Assembly (NCBI GenBank): GCA_964464335.1
Contig: CAYXFT010000001.1
Location: 260-57,413, forward strand
Origin: an uncultured Aeromicrobium sp.
GTDB taxonomy: Bacteria > Actinomycetota > Actinomycetes > Propionibacteriales > Nocardioidaceae
DNA length: 57,154 bases
Reading direction: 5' to 3'
The notes under the pieces: generated by a model
Databases searched by the model: none
What the model saw: the letters and a program-made list of their open reading frames with translations, nothing else
Told to the model about the DNA's origin: nothing
Position numbers and translations under genes: made by a program
Part shown: positions 1 to 9,970 of the stretch, one piece after another
Layout: every line of letters begins with the position of its first letter
Position numbering within the stretch: the stretch's first letter is position 1

Positions 1-269
1 AGATCAACGACGACTTCACCGACACGGACGTCGTGCTCGTGATCGGCGCCAACGACACCGTCAACCCGTCCGCCGCCGAGGATCCCGGCTCACCGATCGC
101 CGGCATGCCCGTCCTGCACGTCTGGGAAGCCAAGAACGTCATCGTGTTCAAGCGGTCGATGGCCGCCGGCTACGCCGGAGTCCAGAACCCGCTGTTCTTC
201 CGTGAGAACAGCCAGATGCTGTTCGGCGACGCCAAGGACCGCGTCGAGGACATCATCCGCGACCTCTGA
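1..269 (+). CDS. pntB: NAD(P) transhydrogenase subunit beta, C-terminal part (5' truncated by window)
   Basis: dIII motifs [38 protein letters not shown]; frame is open to the window start. Confidence 0.97.
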   Translation, partial: INDDFTDTDVVLVIGANDTVNPSAAEDPGSPIAGMPVLHVWEAKNVIVFKRSMAAGYAGVQNPLFFRENSQMLFGDAKDRVEDIIRDL

Positions 270-316
270 GACCGGTCGTGGGTCCGGCCAATTGACCCTA
301 GCCGCGAAACCCGGCT

Positions 317-337
317 ATCTAGTATCATAGTTGTTAT
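317..337. promoter_or_regulatory. Shared cluster motif copy 1 (candidate operator) overlapping a TATCAT -10 box
   Basis: Reverse complement ATAACAACTATGATACTAGAT; TATCAT at 323-328 lies 7 nt before ATG 336. Confidence 0.65.
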
Positions 338-1553
338 GAATACCGTGACCGGTCTCGTGACGGACGCAGAAGAGTTTCGGGCCCGCGTTCGGGCGTTCTT
401 GGACGAGGAACTGCCCGACGGGTGGGGCGGAGTCGGAAAGCTCGACCATGACCAGGCCGACGCGTTCGCCAAGCACTGGCGCATCGCGCTGTCCGAGCGC
501 GGCTTCCTCGCGACGTCCTGGCCGACCGAGTACGGCGGAGGCGGGCTGACCGAGCTCGAGCAGGTCATCATGGCCGAGGAGTTCGCCAAGGTCGGTGTGC
601 CGACCGGCACCATGAACGACCTCTTCAGCATCACGATGATCGGCAACACGCTGCTCCACTGGGGCACCGAAGAGCAGAAGCAGCATTTCCTGCCGCGAAT
701 CCTGTCCGGTGAGGACGTCTGGTGCCAGGGCTACTCCGAGCCTGGTTCAGGTTCTGACCTCGCATCCTTGTCGACTCGCGCCGTGCTCGACGGTGATGAA
801 TGGGTGATCAACGGCCAGAAGATCTGGACCTCCGGTGGCCACCTCGCGAACTGGATATTCGTGCTCGTGCGCACCGACCCGGACGCCCCGGCCCACCGGG
901 GCATCTCGATGCTGCTGGTCCCGATGGACCAGGAGGGCATCGATGTCCGCCCCATCCGCAACATGGGCGGCGAGACCGACTTCAACGAGGTCTACTTCAC
1001 CGACGCGCGGTGCCCCAAGGAGAACGTCCTCGGCGAGGTGGACCAGGGTTGGCCCGTCGCGATGACGCTGCTCGGCTTCGAGCGCGGCGAGTCCGCGGCG
1101 ACGCTGCCCATCATGTTCCGCGACGAACTCGAGCGGCTGTTCGACCTCGCCCGGGAGAACGGCGCGGCCGACGACCCGATCATGCGGGACAAACTGGCCG
1201 ACGCGTACATCGGCAACGAGGTCATGCGGTTCCTGGGCAACGACTCGCTGGCCAGGTACCTCGCCGGTCACGCGCCCGGCCCGGACGCCGCGATCAACAA
1301 GCTCTACTGGAGTGAGTACCACCAGGACGTCACCGAACTGGCTCTCGACGTGCTGGACCGCGAGAGCCTCGTGGCGCACGGCCGCCGTCCGACCAACACG
1401 ATCATGTTCCAGACCGACGACGTCGGCGCGCCGAGCACCAGCGCCTCGTGGATCACCACGTTCGCGATCTCGCGCTCCGGGACGATCTACGCCGGCACGT
1501 CCGAGATACAGAAGTCGATCATCGGCGAGCGACTGCTCGGTCTCCCCAAGTGA
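336..1553 (+). CDS. Acyl-CoA dehydrogenase, catalytic subunit of a two-gene pair (FadE17/FadE30-like)
   Basis: WCQGYSEPGSGSDLA, NGQKIWTS, GFERG, TIYAGTSEIQ. Confidence 0.93.
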   Translation: MNTVTGLVTDAEEFRARVRAFLDEELPDGWGGVGKLDHDQADAFAKHWRIALSERGFLATSWPTEYGGGGLTELEQVIMAEEFAKVGVPTGTMNDLFSITMIGNTLLHWGTEEQKQHFLPRILSGEDVWCQGYSEPGSGSDLASLSTRAVLDGDEWVINGQKIWTSGGHLANWIFVLVRTDPDAPAHRGISMLLVPMDQEGIDVRPIRNMGGETDFNEVYFTDARCPKENVLGEVDQGWPVAMTLLGFERGESAATLPIMFRDELERLFDLARENGAADDPIMRDKLADAYIGNEVMRFLGNDSLARYLAGHAPGPDAAINKLYWSEYHQDVTELALDVLDRESLVAHGRRPTNTIMFQTDDVGAPSTSASWITTFAISRSGTIYAGTSEIQKSIIGERLLGLPK

Positions 1554-1576
1554 CGAACGCACAGAAGGCATTCACC

Positions 1577-2692
1577 ATGGAACCCTTGCTCGACGACGAC
1601 CAGGTCTCGTACCAACGCAGCCTGCGCAAGTTCTTCGACACGCAGTGGCCCGAGGACCGGGTCCGCGCCGACATGGTCGCGGCCGGACCGGACCGCGACA
1701 CGTGGCGCCGACTGGCGGCCGAACTCGGCGTCGCCGGGCTGGACATTCCAGCGGAGCACGGTGGCTCCGGAGGTGCTCCGGCCGAGGCCTTGCTGGTCGC
1801 CGAGGAGATGGGCCGGGCGCTCTACGGCGGGCCGTACCTGAGCACGGTCGTGTTCGCTGCCAACGCGATCGTGCTCAGTGGGGACGACGCCATCGCCGCC
1901 CACCTGCTCCCGGACATCGCCTCAGGGGAGGCGACCGCCGCACTGGCGCTGATCGAGAAGGGCCGCGACCGCGCGACCGCCCCCGCACCGCAGGCCGTTG
2001 CCACGGACGATGGTTGGATCCTCACCGGCGAGGCCCGCCGTGTGATCGACGGCGCAGACGCCGACCACCTGCTCGTCGAGGCGTCCACGCAGGCCGGCCG
2101 GTCCTTGTTCCTGCTGTCGGGAGACACGGGCGTCGCGCGCGTCCGTTCCGAGACGCTCGACCCGACCCGCCGGATGGCGACGTTGGTGCTCGACGGCGCG
2201 CCAGCTCAACTCGTCGGGCAGGACGGCCAGGCGACCGAGATCGTCACCGCGCTCAGGCCGATCGTGTCGCTCGCGCTCGCGGCCGAGGCCGTCGGCGGAG
2301 CCGCACGCTGCGTCCATGACACGGTCGAGTACGCGAAGGTGCGCCACCAGTTCGGACGACCGATCGGTTCGTTCCAAGCGGTCAAGCACACCTGCTCGGA
2401 GATGCAGGTCCGCCTCGACGGTGCGCGCACCGGGATCCGGCACGCCGGCAAGGTGCTCGTCGACCGCTCCGAGGACATCGACCTGCTCGCGTCGGTCGTC
2501 AAGGTCTTCGCGACGAAGTCGTACTTCGAGACAGCGGCGGACATGGTCCAGTTGCACGGCGGAATCGGCTTCACCTGGGAACACTCGGCGCACCTGCACT
2601 TCAAGCGGGCCAAGTCGCTCGAACTGCTGGGCGGCACACACACCGAACACCGAGCGGCCATCGCCGATGTCGTGCTCGCAGCCCGAGGCTGA
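1577..2692 (+). CDS. Acyl-CoA dehydrogenase, partner subunit (FadE18/FadE33-like)
   Basis: RHQFGRPIGSFQAVKH, QLHGGIGFTWEH; lacks SEPxxGSD; GAAGG RBS before ATG 1577. Confidence 0.9.
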   Translation: MEPLLDDDQVSYQRSLRKFFDTQWPEDRVRADMVAAGPDRDTWRRLAAELGVAGLDIPAEHGGSGGAPAEALLVAEEMGRALYGGPYLSTVVFAANAIVLSGDDAIAAHLLPDIASGEATAALALIEKGRDRATAPAPQAVATDDGWILTGEARRVIDGADADHLLVEASTQAGRSLFLLSGDTGVARVRSETLDPTRRMATLVLDGAPAQLVGQDGQATEIVTALRPIVSLALAAEAVGGAARCVHDTVEYAKVRHQFGRPIGSFQAVKHTCSEMQVRLDGARTGIRHAGKVLVDRSEDIDLLASVVKVFATKSYFETAADMVQLHGGIGFTWEHSAHLHFKRAKSLELLGGTHTEHRAAIADVVLAARG

Positions 2693-3557
2693 GGTCGGCC
2701 CCGCCTGGTTCGCCGAGGCCCTCGGCGATCCGGGCGAAGTCCGCTCGATCGAGGTGCATGGCGCCCGGGTCGAGTACCGGGTGTGGGGCCCCGTGGGCGC
2801 ACCCGTCACGGTGTTGATCCACGGCGGCGCTGCCCACGGAGGCTGGTGGGATCACGTTGCCCCCCTGCTGGCCGGGGGCCGCCGCGTGGCCGCGCTCGAC
2901 ATGACAGGTCATGGCTCCAGCGGCTCCCGCGGTGACTACGACTTCCTGATCTGGTCCGACGAGGTCGTCGCCGTCGGGGCAGCGGAGGGGACGGACCCTC
3001 CCTACGTCATCGGACACAGCATGGGCGGCGTGACCGCGCTCACGGCGGCCTTCCGTCACGTCGGCAGCGTCGCCGGCACCGTCGTGATCGACCCACCCGC
3101 ATGGCTGGTCGTGGAAGGCGGTCTGCCACCGCGACGGGGAGAACTGCCGCCGCGCCGGTTCCACCCGACCCGCGAGTCGGCGCGTCAGCGTTTCCGCGCC
3201 CAACCGCCGGACGAAGCCCGACTCGACTACGTCGAACAGCACGTCGCAGAGCGGTCGGTGCACCAGACCGACGACGGCTGGACGTGGCGTTTCGACCACC
3301 ACGTGACCCTGCACGGCTCGTTCCCCGACGAACTCTGGGGCCATCCGCACGGCCCCGTCGTCCTGGTACTCGCCGAGCGGAGCCTGCTGAGCTCGGACCA
3401 GGTGGACGAACTCGCGCGCCGGCTCGATGGCTCAGAGGTCCTGACGATCCGTGACACGGGACACCACATCATGCTCGACCAGCCCCTGCCCCTGGTGGCC
3501 TGCCTCGAGGGAATCCTGTGTGCGTGGTCGAGCGCTGGAGCGACGGTGACGTCGTGA
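2667..3557 (+). CDS. Alpha/beta hydrolase
   Basis: LIHGG oxyanion motif, GHSMG nucleophile elbow, C-terminal GHHIMLDQP; start approximate. Confidence 0.88.
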   Translation: MSCSQPEAEVGPAWFAEALGDPGEVRSIEVHGARVEYRVWGPVGAPVTVLIHGGAAHGGWWDHVAPLLAGGRRVAALDMTGHGSSGSRGDYDFLIWSDEVVAVGAAEGTDPPYVIGHSMGGVTALTAAFRHVGSVAGTVVIDPPAWLVVEGGLPPRRGELPPRRFHPTRESARQRFRAQPPDEARLDYVEQHVAERSVHQTDDGWTWRFDHHVTLHGSFPDELWGHPHGPVVLVLAERSLLSSDQVDELARRLDGSEVLTIRDTGHHIMLDQPLPLVACLEGILCAWSSAGATVTS

Positions 3558-3630
3558 AGACACGTGCGGTGGCCACGCTCACGGCCTCGACTGGTGATCG
3601 AAAGCGGTAACTCTGCGTATGATTGTGAGA

Positions 3631-4380
3631 ATGAAGCCCGTGGAGATGACCGCGTTCCGGCAGCGCACGCCCAAGGCGTCCGAGCGGCTCGCCCGCCATT
3701 TGGCAACGTCGATCGTCGAGGGCGAGTTCGAGGAGGGCGCCCGACTCCCGCACGAGGGCGAGATGTTGGCACAGTTGCAGGTCGGCCGCGCCACGCTCCG
3801 CGAGGCACTGCGCCTGCTCGAGGTCTGGGGCCTGATCGTCATCCGAACCGGCCCGCGCGGCGGGCCCACGGTCCGCCGCCCCAGTTCGGGCGAGTTCGCC
3901 GAGCACCTCGCGCTCATGCTCCAGTTCCAGCAGTTGACTCTCCAGGACGTCTCCGACGCGCGCCTGGCGCTCGAGCCCATGATGGCTCGTCTCGCTGCCG
4001 AGCGCGTCACTCCCGAGCAGATCGCTGACCTGCGCGACTCCATCGCGATCATGAAGCGCAGCTACGAGAATCCCACCGAGTTCTGGGCGCAGAATGCGCG
4101 CTTCCACTCCGCCGTGGCCGAGGCCGGCGACAGCCGCGTCATCGGCATGATCGTCGACGCCCTCAAGTTCATCGCCGATGGTGCGTCGAGCGGCGTCAAC
4201 TACGCGCGTCCCGCCCTCGAGGAGGTCGTGCACGCACACACCAAGATCGTCGACCTGCTGGAGGCAGGTGACGCCGAGGGGGCAGCCGCGTCGATGCACC
4301 TCCACCTCGACGCCGGCCGCCGTTTCATCACGAAGAACCAGCCGCAGGCCCTGCGCGCCCGCATCGTCTGGCCTGAATGA
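3631..4380 (+). CDS. GntR/FadR-family regulator (HTH plus FCD)
   Basis: RLPHE...VGRATLREALRLLE HTH, FCD His motifs; TATGAT 7 nt before ATG 3631 suggests leaderless. Confidence 0.92.
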   Translation: MKPVEMTAFRQRTPKASERLARHLATSIVEGEFEEGARLPHEGEMLAQLQVGRATLREALRLLEVWGLIVIRTGPRGGPTVRRPSSGEFAEHLALMLQFQQLTLQDVSDARLALEPMMARLAAERVTPEQIADLRDSIAIMKRSYENPTEFWAQNARFHSAVAEAGDSRVIGMIVDALKFIADGASSGVNYARPALEEVVHAHTKIVDLLEAGDAEGAAASMHLHLDAGRRFITKNQPQALRARIVWPE

Positions 4381-4383
4381 CCG

Positions 4384-5214
4384 TCAGATGAAGTTGCGCG
4401 GCACGTTGGTGAAGCGCTTCTCCGAGCGTCGGAACCAACCTGCCGACCCGAGCGTGCCGCCATCGACGCGAATCGACTCGCCGGTGATCCAGCTCGCGGC
4501 GTCCGAGGCGAGGAATGCAGCCAGTTCTCCGTGGTCGCGCGGTGTGCCGAAGCGGCCCATCGGGACCCAGTTGCCGATCTGGTCGTGGAACTGCGGCGCG
4601 ATCAGTCGGTGGAGCGGGAACTGGGGCGTGTCGGTCACGTCGGGGGCGATTCCGTTGACGCGCACGCCGTACTGACCCACCTCGGTTGCCAGGCCCGCGG
4701 TGAAGTTGACGACGGCAGCCTTGTGCGCCGCGTAGACGGCGCAGTTCGGTACGCCGCGGAACGCCTCGACCGACGAGACGTTGATGATCGATCCGGCTCG
4801 CTGCTCGATCATGGGAGGCAGGAACAGACGCGTCACCCGGAGGACGTGCTCGAAGTTCACCGCGTAGATCGCGTTCCAGTCCTCTTCGGTGGACTCGGCG
4901 AATGGCCCCCACGGCACGTGGTCGCCCACATTGTTGACGAGGACGTCCAATCGCCCCCCGGCAGCGGCCACGCCGGCAACCAGCGCCTCCGTGCAGCCGC
5001 GTTCGCGGACGTCGACTGCCACCCCTGTCGCCGTGCACCCGGCCTCGCGGATGCTCGTGACCATCGCCTCGAGGGCCTCGGTGTCGTTGTCGACGAGCAC
5101 GAGGCGCGCGCCCTTGCGAGCGAGCGCCTCGGCGATGCCGGCCCCGATTCCGGCAGCCGCACCGGTGACCAGGGCAAGTCGGCCGTCGAGCCGTGTCAGG
5201 TCGTCGTGGTCCAT
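4384..5214 (-). CDS. SDR family oxidoreductase
   Basis: TGAAAGIG, NNVG, YAAHK; GGAG RBS before ATG 5214. Confidence 0.92.
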   Translation of the reverse strand: MDHDDLTRLDGRLALVTGAAAGIGAGIAEALARKGARLVLVDNDTEALEAMVTSIREAGCTATGVAVDVRERGCTEALVAGVAAAGGRLDVLVNNVGDHVPWGPFAESTEEDWNAIYAVNFEHVLRVTRLFLPPMIEQRAGSIINVSSVEAFRGVPNCAVYAAHKAAVVNFTAGLATEVGQYGVRVNGIAPDVTDTPQFPLHRLIAPQFHDQIGNWVPMGRFGTPRDHGELAAFLASDAASWITGESIRVDGGTLGSAGWFRRSEKRFTNVPRNFI

Positions 5215-5266
5215 GGTGTTCTCCGATCGCGAGACCCTCTGGACGGATCTCAGTTTAAGACGGATA

Positions 5267-5287
5267 ATGATAACTATGACACTAGAT
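5267..5287. promoter_or_regulatory. Shared cluster motif copy 2 (candidate operator) in the SDR/MaoC divergent region
   Basis: ATGATAACTATGACACTAGAT. Confidence 0.65.
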
Positions 5288-5758
5288 GCTGGTCCGACGA
5301 GCGCAGCGCCCTTCACGATCGACATGTCGCAGATCGAGGACGCCGTCGGCGCTGACCTCGGCCCGAGCCCGTGGCTGGCCATCGACCAGGACCGCATCGA
5401 CGCGTTCGCCGCGGCAACGGGCGACCACCAGTGGATCCACGTCGATGCCGACCGGGCCGAGACGGGACCGTTCGGTCGCACGATCGCGCACGGCTACCTG
5501 ACGCTCTCGATGGTCCCCCAGCTGCTGACAGAGATCCTGCATGTCACCGGCCGCAGCAGCGGGGTGAACTACGGGATGGAGAAGGTCCGCTTCATCAACC
5601 CGGTGCGCGAGGGATCGCGCATCCGCATGATCGGGTCGATCCTGGCAGCCACGCCGCGCGCCGGCGGGATGCAGTACCGCCTGAAGTTGGTCATCGAGCT
5701 CGAGGGAGCCGAGAAGCCGGCCATGGTCGGCGAGTTCATCGTGCTCGCCTTTCCCTGA
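5276..5758 (+). CDS. MaoC-family (hot-dog) dehydratase, Rv0130-like
   Basis: Hydratase-2 motif FAAATGDHQWIHVD, IAHGYLTLS, NYGMEKVRF; start 5276 or 5324. Confidence 0.92.
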   Translation: MTLDAGPTSAAPFTIDMSQIEDAVGADLGPSPWLAIDQDRIDAFAAATGDHQWIHVDADRAETGPFGRTIAHGYLTLSMVPQLLTEILHVTGRSSGVNYGMEKVRFINPVREGSRIRMIGSILAATPRAGGMQYRLKLVIELEGAEKPAMVGEFIVLAFP

Positions 5759-5784
5759 CACGGCGCCGCCTCGGTCCTGTGTCC

Positions 5785-6564
5785 TCAGCGTCCGGTGAAG
5801 ACCGGGTCGCGACGCTCCAAACTGGCCGTGATGCCCTCGTGTCCATCGGCAGTCGCCCACAGCCACGCCTGCTCGGCAGCCTCGCGGTCGAGCGCCGCGG
5901 CCATCCGCTCGGGAAGATCGCCGCGCAGTGTCTCGCGGATCGACCGCACTGCCAGCGGAGCCAGTGACGCGAGCTCGCGGGCGTAGGCGACGGCCACCTC
6001 GCGCTCCATCCCCGGCTCGGCCAACCGATCGGCGAGGCCGAGCGTGAACGCTCGCTCGCCCTGCACGCGCTCGGCGCCGACCAACATCCGCGTGGCCGCC
6101 TGCTGACCCACGATGCGCGGCAGGCTCTCGGTCAGGCCGAAGCCATGGTGGAAGCCCAGCCGGGGGAAGTTCGCCCAGAATCGGCTGGTCGAGGACGCGA
6201 CGCGGAAATCCGTGGCGCAGGCAAGGCCGAGGCCACCACCGATGGCTGAGCCCTGCACGGCGGCCACGACGGGGATCGGCGAGCTGAACAGACGGGCGCC
6301 CTCGGCGTAGAGACGCCGGGACTCGGCGACTCGATCATCCCCCGTGGCCGTGGCGCCGAAGTTCGCGCCCGCGCAGAAGTGTTTGCCCTCCGACGCCAGG
6401 ACCGCAGCGCGGGCGCTGCCCGCCTCAGCGAGGGCGTCGAGTGCGTCGGCGATCGCGGTGATGAGCGGGCGGTCGAAATAGTTGGCGGGCGGTCGCGCGA
6501 TCTCAAGGACGGCGACGGTGCCGTCGGTCTCGATGCGCAGTTCGTCGAAGGTGGGGAGCGTCAT
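5785..6564 (-). CDS. Crotonase-family protein (both canonical Glu absent)
   Basis: FCAGAN, AIGGGLGLACATD, NFPRLG; ATGA overlap with upstream gene. Confidence 0.9.
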   Translation of the reverse strand: MTLPTFDELRIETDGTVAVLEIARPPANYFDRPLITAIADALDALAEAGSARAAVLASEGKHFCAGANFGATATGDDRVAESRRLYAEGARLFSSPIPVVAAVQGSAIGGGLGLACATDFRVASSTSRFWANFPRLGFHHGFGLTESLPRIVGQQAATRMLVGAERVQGERAFTLGLADRLAEPGMEREVAVAYARELASLAPLAVRSIRETLRGDLPERMAAALDREAAEQAWLWATADGHEGITASLERRDPVFTGR

Positions 6565-7589
6565 GCGGTGATCTCCGGTCGGTCGTCGTCGAGGATGAGG
6601 TGGGCGAAGGACGATGCGCGGGTGGCGGTCGCACCGAGGCGCGCCGACACGTCGAGCGCCTCGCCGAAGTCCCCGCTCCACGTGTGGAGGCGGCGGGTGT
6701 ACCCCTGCAGCCGATACTCGCGCGTCATCCCGATCGCACCATGTGCCTGGTGCGCCGCGCGCGCCGCCACCAGGGCGTTCTCGGCGCTGACCAGTTGCGC
6801 GGCCAGAACGTCGAAGGGGTACAACTCGGCTTCGATCGAGAGGCGGTCGGCGAGAGCGGTCGTCATGACCGCCATCTGCTGAAGCTGGACGACGTGTGCC
6901 TGCACGGCTTGGAAGGCGCCGATCGGCTTGCCGAACTGGACCCGCTCGGCCACGTACCGGCGGGTGAGCCCGACGACGGCCTGCAGCGCTCCGGCCATCT
7001 GGGCGATCCGGAGGGCGATGGCCCGAAGCCGGAGCTGTTCTGCGGAAGCGCCGACGGCGAGACCCCGCGGCGCGACACGATCGAGCACCAAGGTGTCCCT
7101 CGGCTGGCCCGCGAGGTCGATGCCGGGACGGCTGGTCGCGTCGGACGCACGGACCAGCACCGTCCGCCCGTCGTCGGTGATCGCGACCACCAGGTCGACG
7201 CTCGTCCCCCACGGTACGTCGCTCAGCGTGCCGCTCACCGTGCCATCGGCACCCACGGTGAGGGCTGTCGGCCCGACCGGAATGGAGTGGGCGGCCGTGG
7301 GCTCGATCGGGAGGCCGGCACGCGCCAGAGCCCAGGCGGCCGTGGACGCCTCGACCACGGGGACGTCGGCGGCGTGGCGCCCGGAGAGCTCGGCCAGCGC
7401 CATCAGGTCGGCGAAGGAGCCGCCCACACCTCCGACGGTCTCGTCGATCCCGACGAGGTGCAGGTCGATGCCGGCGAAGGCCTTCCACGGAGACTGGGAC
7501 AGTGGACCTGCCTCGCGGATCGGCTCGTCGGTCGGCCAGGTCGCCGCGAAGAAGCCGGCCAGGGCCACGTCCAGATCGGAGGTGCTCAT
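6561..7589 (-). CDS. Acyl-CoA dehydrogenase, short partner subunit
   Basis: RVQFGKPIGAFQAVQ, HQAHGAIGMTREY; ATGA overlap. Confidence 0.88.
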   Translation of the reverse strand: MSTSDLDVALAGFFAATWPTDEPIREAGPLSQSPWKAFAGIDLHLVGIDETVGGVGGSFADLMALAELSGRHAADVPVVEASTAAWALARAGLPIEPTAAHSIPVGPTALTVGADGTVSGTLSDVPWGTSVDLVVAITDDGRTVLVRASDATSRPGIDLAGQPRDTLVLDRVAPRGLAVGASAEQLRLRAIALRIAQMAGALQAVVGLTRRYVAERVQFGKPIGAFQAVQAHVVQLQQMAVMTTALADRLSIEAELYPFDVLAAQLVSAENALVAARAAHQAHGAIGMTREYRLQGYTRRLHTWSGDFGEALDVSARLGATATRASSFAHLILDDDRPEITA

Positions 7590-8716
7590 CGCTTCACCAG
7601 TCCTTTCGAGATGACGGAACGCAGGATCTCGGTCGTACCTCCACGAAGCGTCCACGACGGTCCGGCGAGGACGGCCTGAGCGAGCAGCGCCTCCCAGGGG
7701 TCGTCGGAGGTCAGGGAGGGGGCGCGGCCGTAGTGTCGGCGCACGAGGGCGAGCGACTCCTGCTCGAACTGGGTGGCCATCTCCTTCACGAGTGCGGCCT
7801 CGACCACGGGGAACTGGCCCGAGTCGACGAGTCGTGCGATCGACAGGCTCATGCCGCGGTAGGCCCAGAGTCGGGCCAGGATCCGGCCGAGGTCGATCTG
7901 CGCCGGGACCGAGTCGCGAACGCGGTCGGACTTCGCCCAATGCTCGAGGATCGGCATCATCGACATCCACCGGTCGACGCCTCCGCGCTCGAGTGCGAGC
8001 TCGCTGGTGTTCTGGCCCCAGCCCGCGCCGACCTCGCCGAGGCGGGCCGAGTCGGGGAGCTGGAGGTCGTCGAACACGACCTCGCAAAAGTGCTGGGTGC
8101 CGTCGATGAATGGGATCGGCGACACGGACATGCCGGGCGTATCGGCCGGGATGATGAACTGCGTCAGCCCGCCGTGTCGGTCGTCCGACGTGCGGAAGAG
8201 GCCGAGGACGTGCGTGGCCGTGGTGGCGCCGGAGGTCCAGATCTTGGTGCCGCTGATGTGCCACGTGTCGCCCTCGAGCACAGCCCGGGACCGGAGCGAC
8301 GCGAGGTCGGAGCCGGCGTCGGGCTCGCTCATGCCGATCGCGAACGAGTACTCGCCGCGGGCGATGCCGGGCAGGATCTCTCGACGCTGTTCCTCGGTCC
8401 CGTTGTGCAGGATGTTCAGTCCGGACTGTCGATCGGCCGTCCAGTGGAATCCCACGGGCGCGCCGCGGGTCAGGAGCTCCTCGACCACGATCTGGCGTTC
8501 CACCGCGGTGCGTCCACCGCCTCCGTAGGCCGTCGGCAGCGCCATCCCGATCCAGCCCTGGGCGCCGAGATCGCGCGAGAACTCGGCGTCGACGTCGCCG
8601 GCCATGCCGAGGCCGAGCGGGTAGGTGCCGGGTGCGAGTCGCTCATCGAGGAACGCGCGGACCTCGGACTGAAGCTTGCGCTCATCGTCGGTCAGCTGCG
8701 TAGGGGCGAGGTTCAC
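7586..8716 (-). CDS. Acyl-CoA dehydrogenase, catalytic subunit
   Basis: GMSEPDAGSDLA, GTKIWTS, LERGG, TLRGGTTEI; GTG start with GGAGG RBS. Confidence 0.92.
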   Translation of the reverse strand: MNLAPTQLTDDERKLQSEVRAFLDERLAPGTYPLGLGMAGDVDAEFSRDLGAQGWIGMALPTAYGGGGRTAVERQIVVEELLTRGAPVGFHWTADRQSGLNILHNGTEEQRREILPGIARGEYSFAIGMSEPDAGSDLASLRSRAVLEGDTWHISGTKIWTSGATTATHVLGLFRTSDDRHGGLTQFIIPADTPGMSVSPIPFIDGTQHFCEVVFDDLQLPDSARLGEVGAGWGQNTSELALERGGVDRWMSMMPILEHWAKSDRVRDSVPAQIDLGRILARLWAYRGMSLSIARLVDSGQFPVVEAALVKEMATQFEQESLALVRRHYGRAPSLTSDDPWEALLAQAVLAGPSWTLRGGTTEILRSVISKGLVKR

Positions 8717-9894
8717 GATGCCTCCGTGGTGGTCAGGTGGTCGGAGTCGATCTCGGCGAGGACGTCCGCGGTGTGCTCGCCGATGAGCGGGGCCGGCGAC
8801 GGCAGCGTCTCGGCGAAACCGTGGAAGACGGCCATGGGCGGGATGACCCGGTAACGGCCCGCGTGCGGGTGTTCGGTCAGCGGGAGTCGGTCGACGAGGT
8901 CCTGCAGGCTGGCCACCGCGGTGGCGGGGATCCCGACCCGCCGACAGTATTCGAGCCACTCGGCGGTCGTGCGCGTCGGCGTGATGCGGCGGACGTCCCG
9001 GTACAGCGAGTCGGAGTTGGCGATGGTCGCCCTGAGGTCGGCGTACCGGGGGTCGTCAGCGGCGCCGGGGAGCCCGGCCTCGCCGAACAGCGACGCGTAA
9101 TGGTCGGGGCGGTAGGGCAACAGATGCACCCAGCCGTCGCTGGTCGGGTGGGGGCGACGGTCCGGCGACAGCACGCGGGGGTACCCGGTCGCCACACCGC
9201 TCGGCGGGAGGTTGGGCGGCTCACTGATCGCGCCGGCGCCGTGCTCGACGAGCATGAAGGCCTCCATGGCCTGGTTCATCGGCACCTCGACATGGCGGCC
9301 CAGCCCGGAGCGCTCGCGCTCGAACAACGCCGCCGTGATCGCCTGCGCCATGACCAGGCCGCACACCTTGTCGGCGAAGATCGTCGGCATCAGGCCGGGC
9401 TCGCCGGTGACCCGTTCGACGATGTCGGAGACGCCGGTGGCTGCTTGGATGATGTCGTCGTAGGCGGGCTCGTCTGCCCGAGGGCTGCTCAGCGCGAAGC
9501 CCTGCGCCTGGCAGTAGACGATGTCCTCGCGAATCGCGCGCACCGACGCGTAGTCGAGGCCGAGCCGGACCAACGCCTTCGGCCGCATCGTCGAGACGAC
9601 GACGTCGCAACTGCGGATCAGCGCGGCGAGGACACGGCGACCCTCGTCGGACTTGAGGTCGACCGCGACCGAGCGCTTGTTGCGCAACAGGTTCAGCGAG
9701 ATGCCCGACAACTCGGGGTGCGGGCCCGGTCCCATGACGCGGTTGGTGTCGCCGCCGTCGGCCTCCAGGAGGATGACGTCGGCGCCCTGATCGGCCAGGA
9801 CCTGCGTGGCAAGAGGGCCCATGACGACTCGGGTGAGATCGAGAACCCGAATGCCGGCCAATGGCCCCTGCGAAGTGATGTGATCTGTGCTCAT
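8713..9894 (-). CDS. Family III CoA transferase (CaiB/BaiF)
   Basis: GPLAGIRVLDLT, LADQGADVI, RNKRSVAVDLK, catalytic PAYD. Confidence 0.93.
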   Translation of the reverse strand: MSTDHITSQGPLAGIRVLDLTRVVMGPLATQVLADQGADVILLEADGGDTNRVMGPGPHPELSGISLNLLRNKRSVAVDLKSDEGRRVLAALIRSCDVVVSTMRPKALVRLGLDYASVRAIREDIVYCQAQGFALSSPRADEPAYDDIIQAATGVSDIVERVTGEPGLMPTIFADKVCGLVMAQAITAALFERERSGLGRHVEVPMNQAMEAFMLVEHGAGAISEPPNLPPSGVATGYPRVLSPDRRPHPTSDGWVHLLPYRPDHYASLFGEAGLPGAADDPRYADLRATIANSDSLYRDVRRITPTRTTAEWLEYCRRVGIPATAVASLQDLVDRLPLTEHPHAGRYRVIPPMAVFHGFAETLPSPAPLIGEHTADVLAEIDSDHLTTTEAS

Positions 9895-9917
9895 GTCCGC
9901 TCCGGTGGGGTGATCGA

Positions 9918-9946
9918 AACGTATGCTAATATGAATGCATTGTCAA
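9918..9946 (-). promoter_or_regulatory. Housekeeping-sigma promoter for the CoA-transferase operon
   Basis: TTGACA (9946-9941), 17-nt spacer, TACGTT (9923-9918) on minus strand; spacer holds ATGAATGCA. Confidence 0.7.
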
Positions 9947-9970
9947 CGACCCGCGCGACAGGACGTGAAG

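Noticed and set aside
3608..3630. TATGAT upstream of the first FadR as a copy of the shared 18-bp motif
   Set aside because: Only the hexamer matches; the AA and ACTA flanks are missing, so it is better read as a plain -10 box
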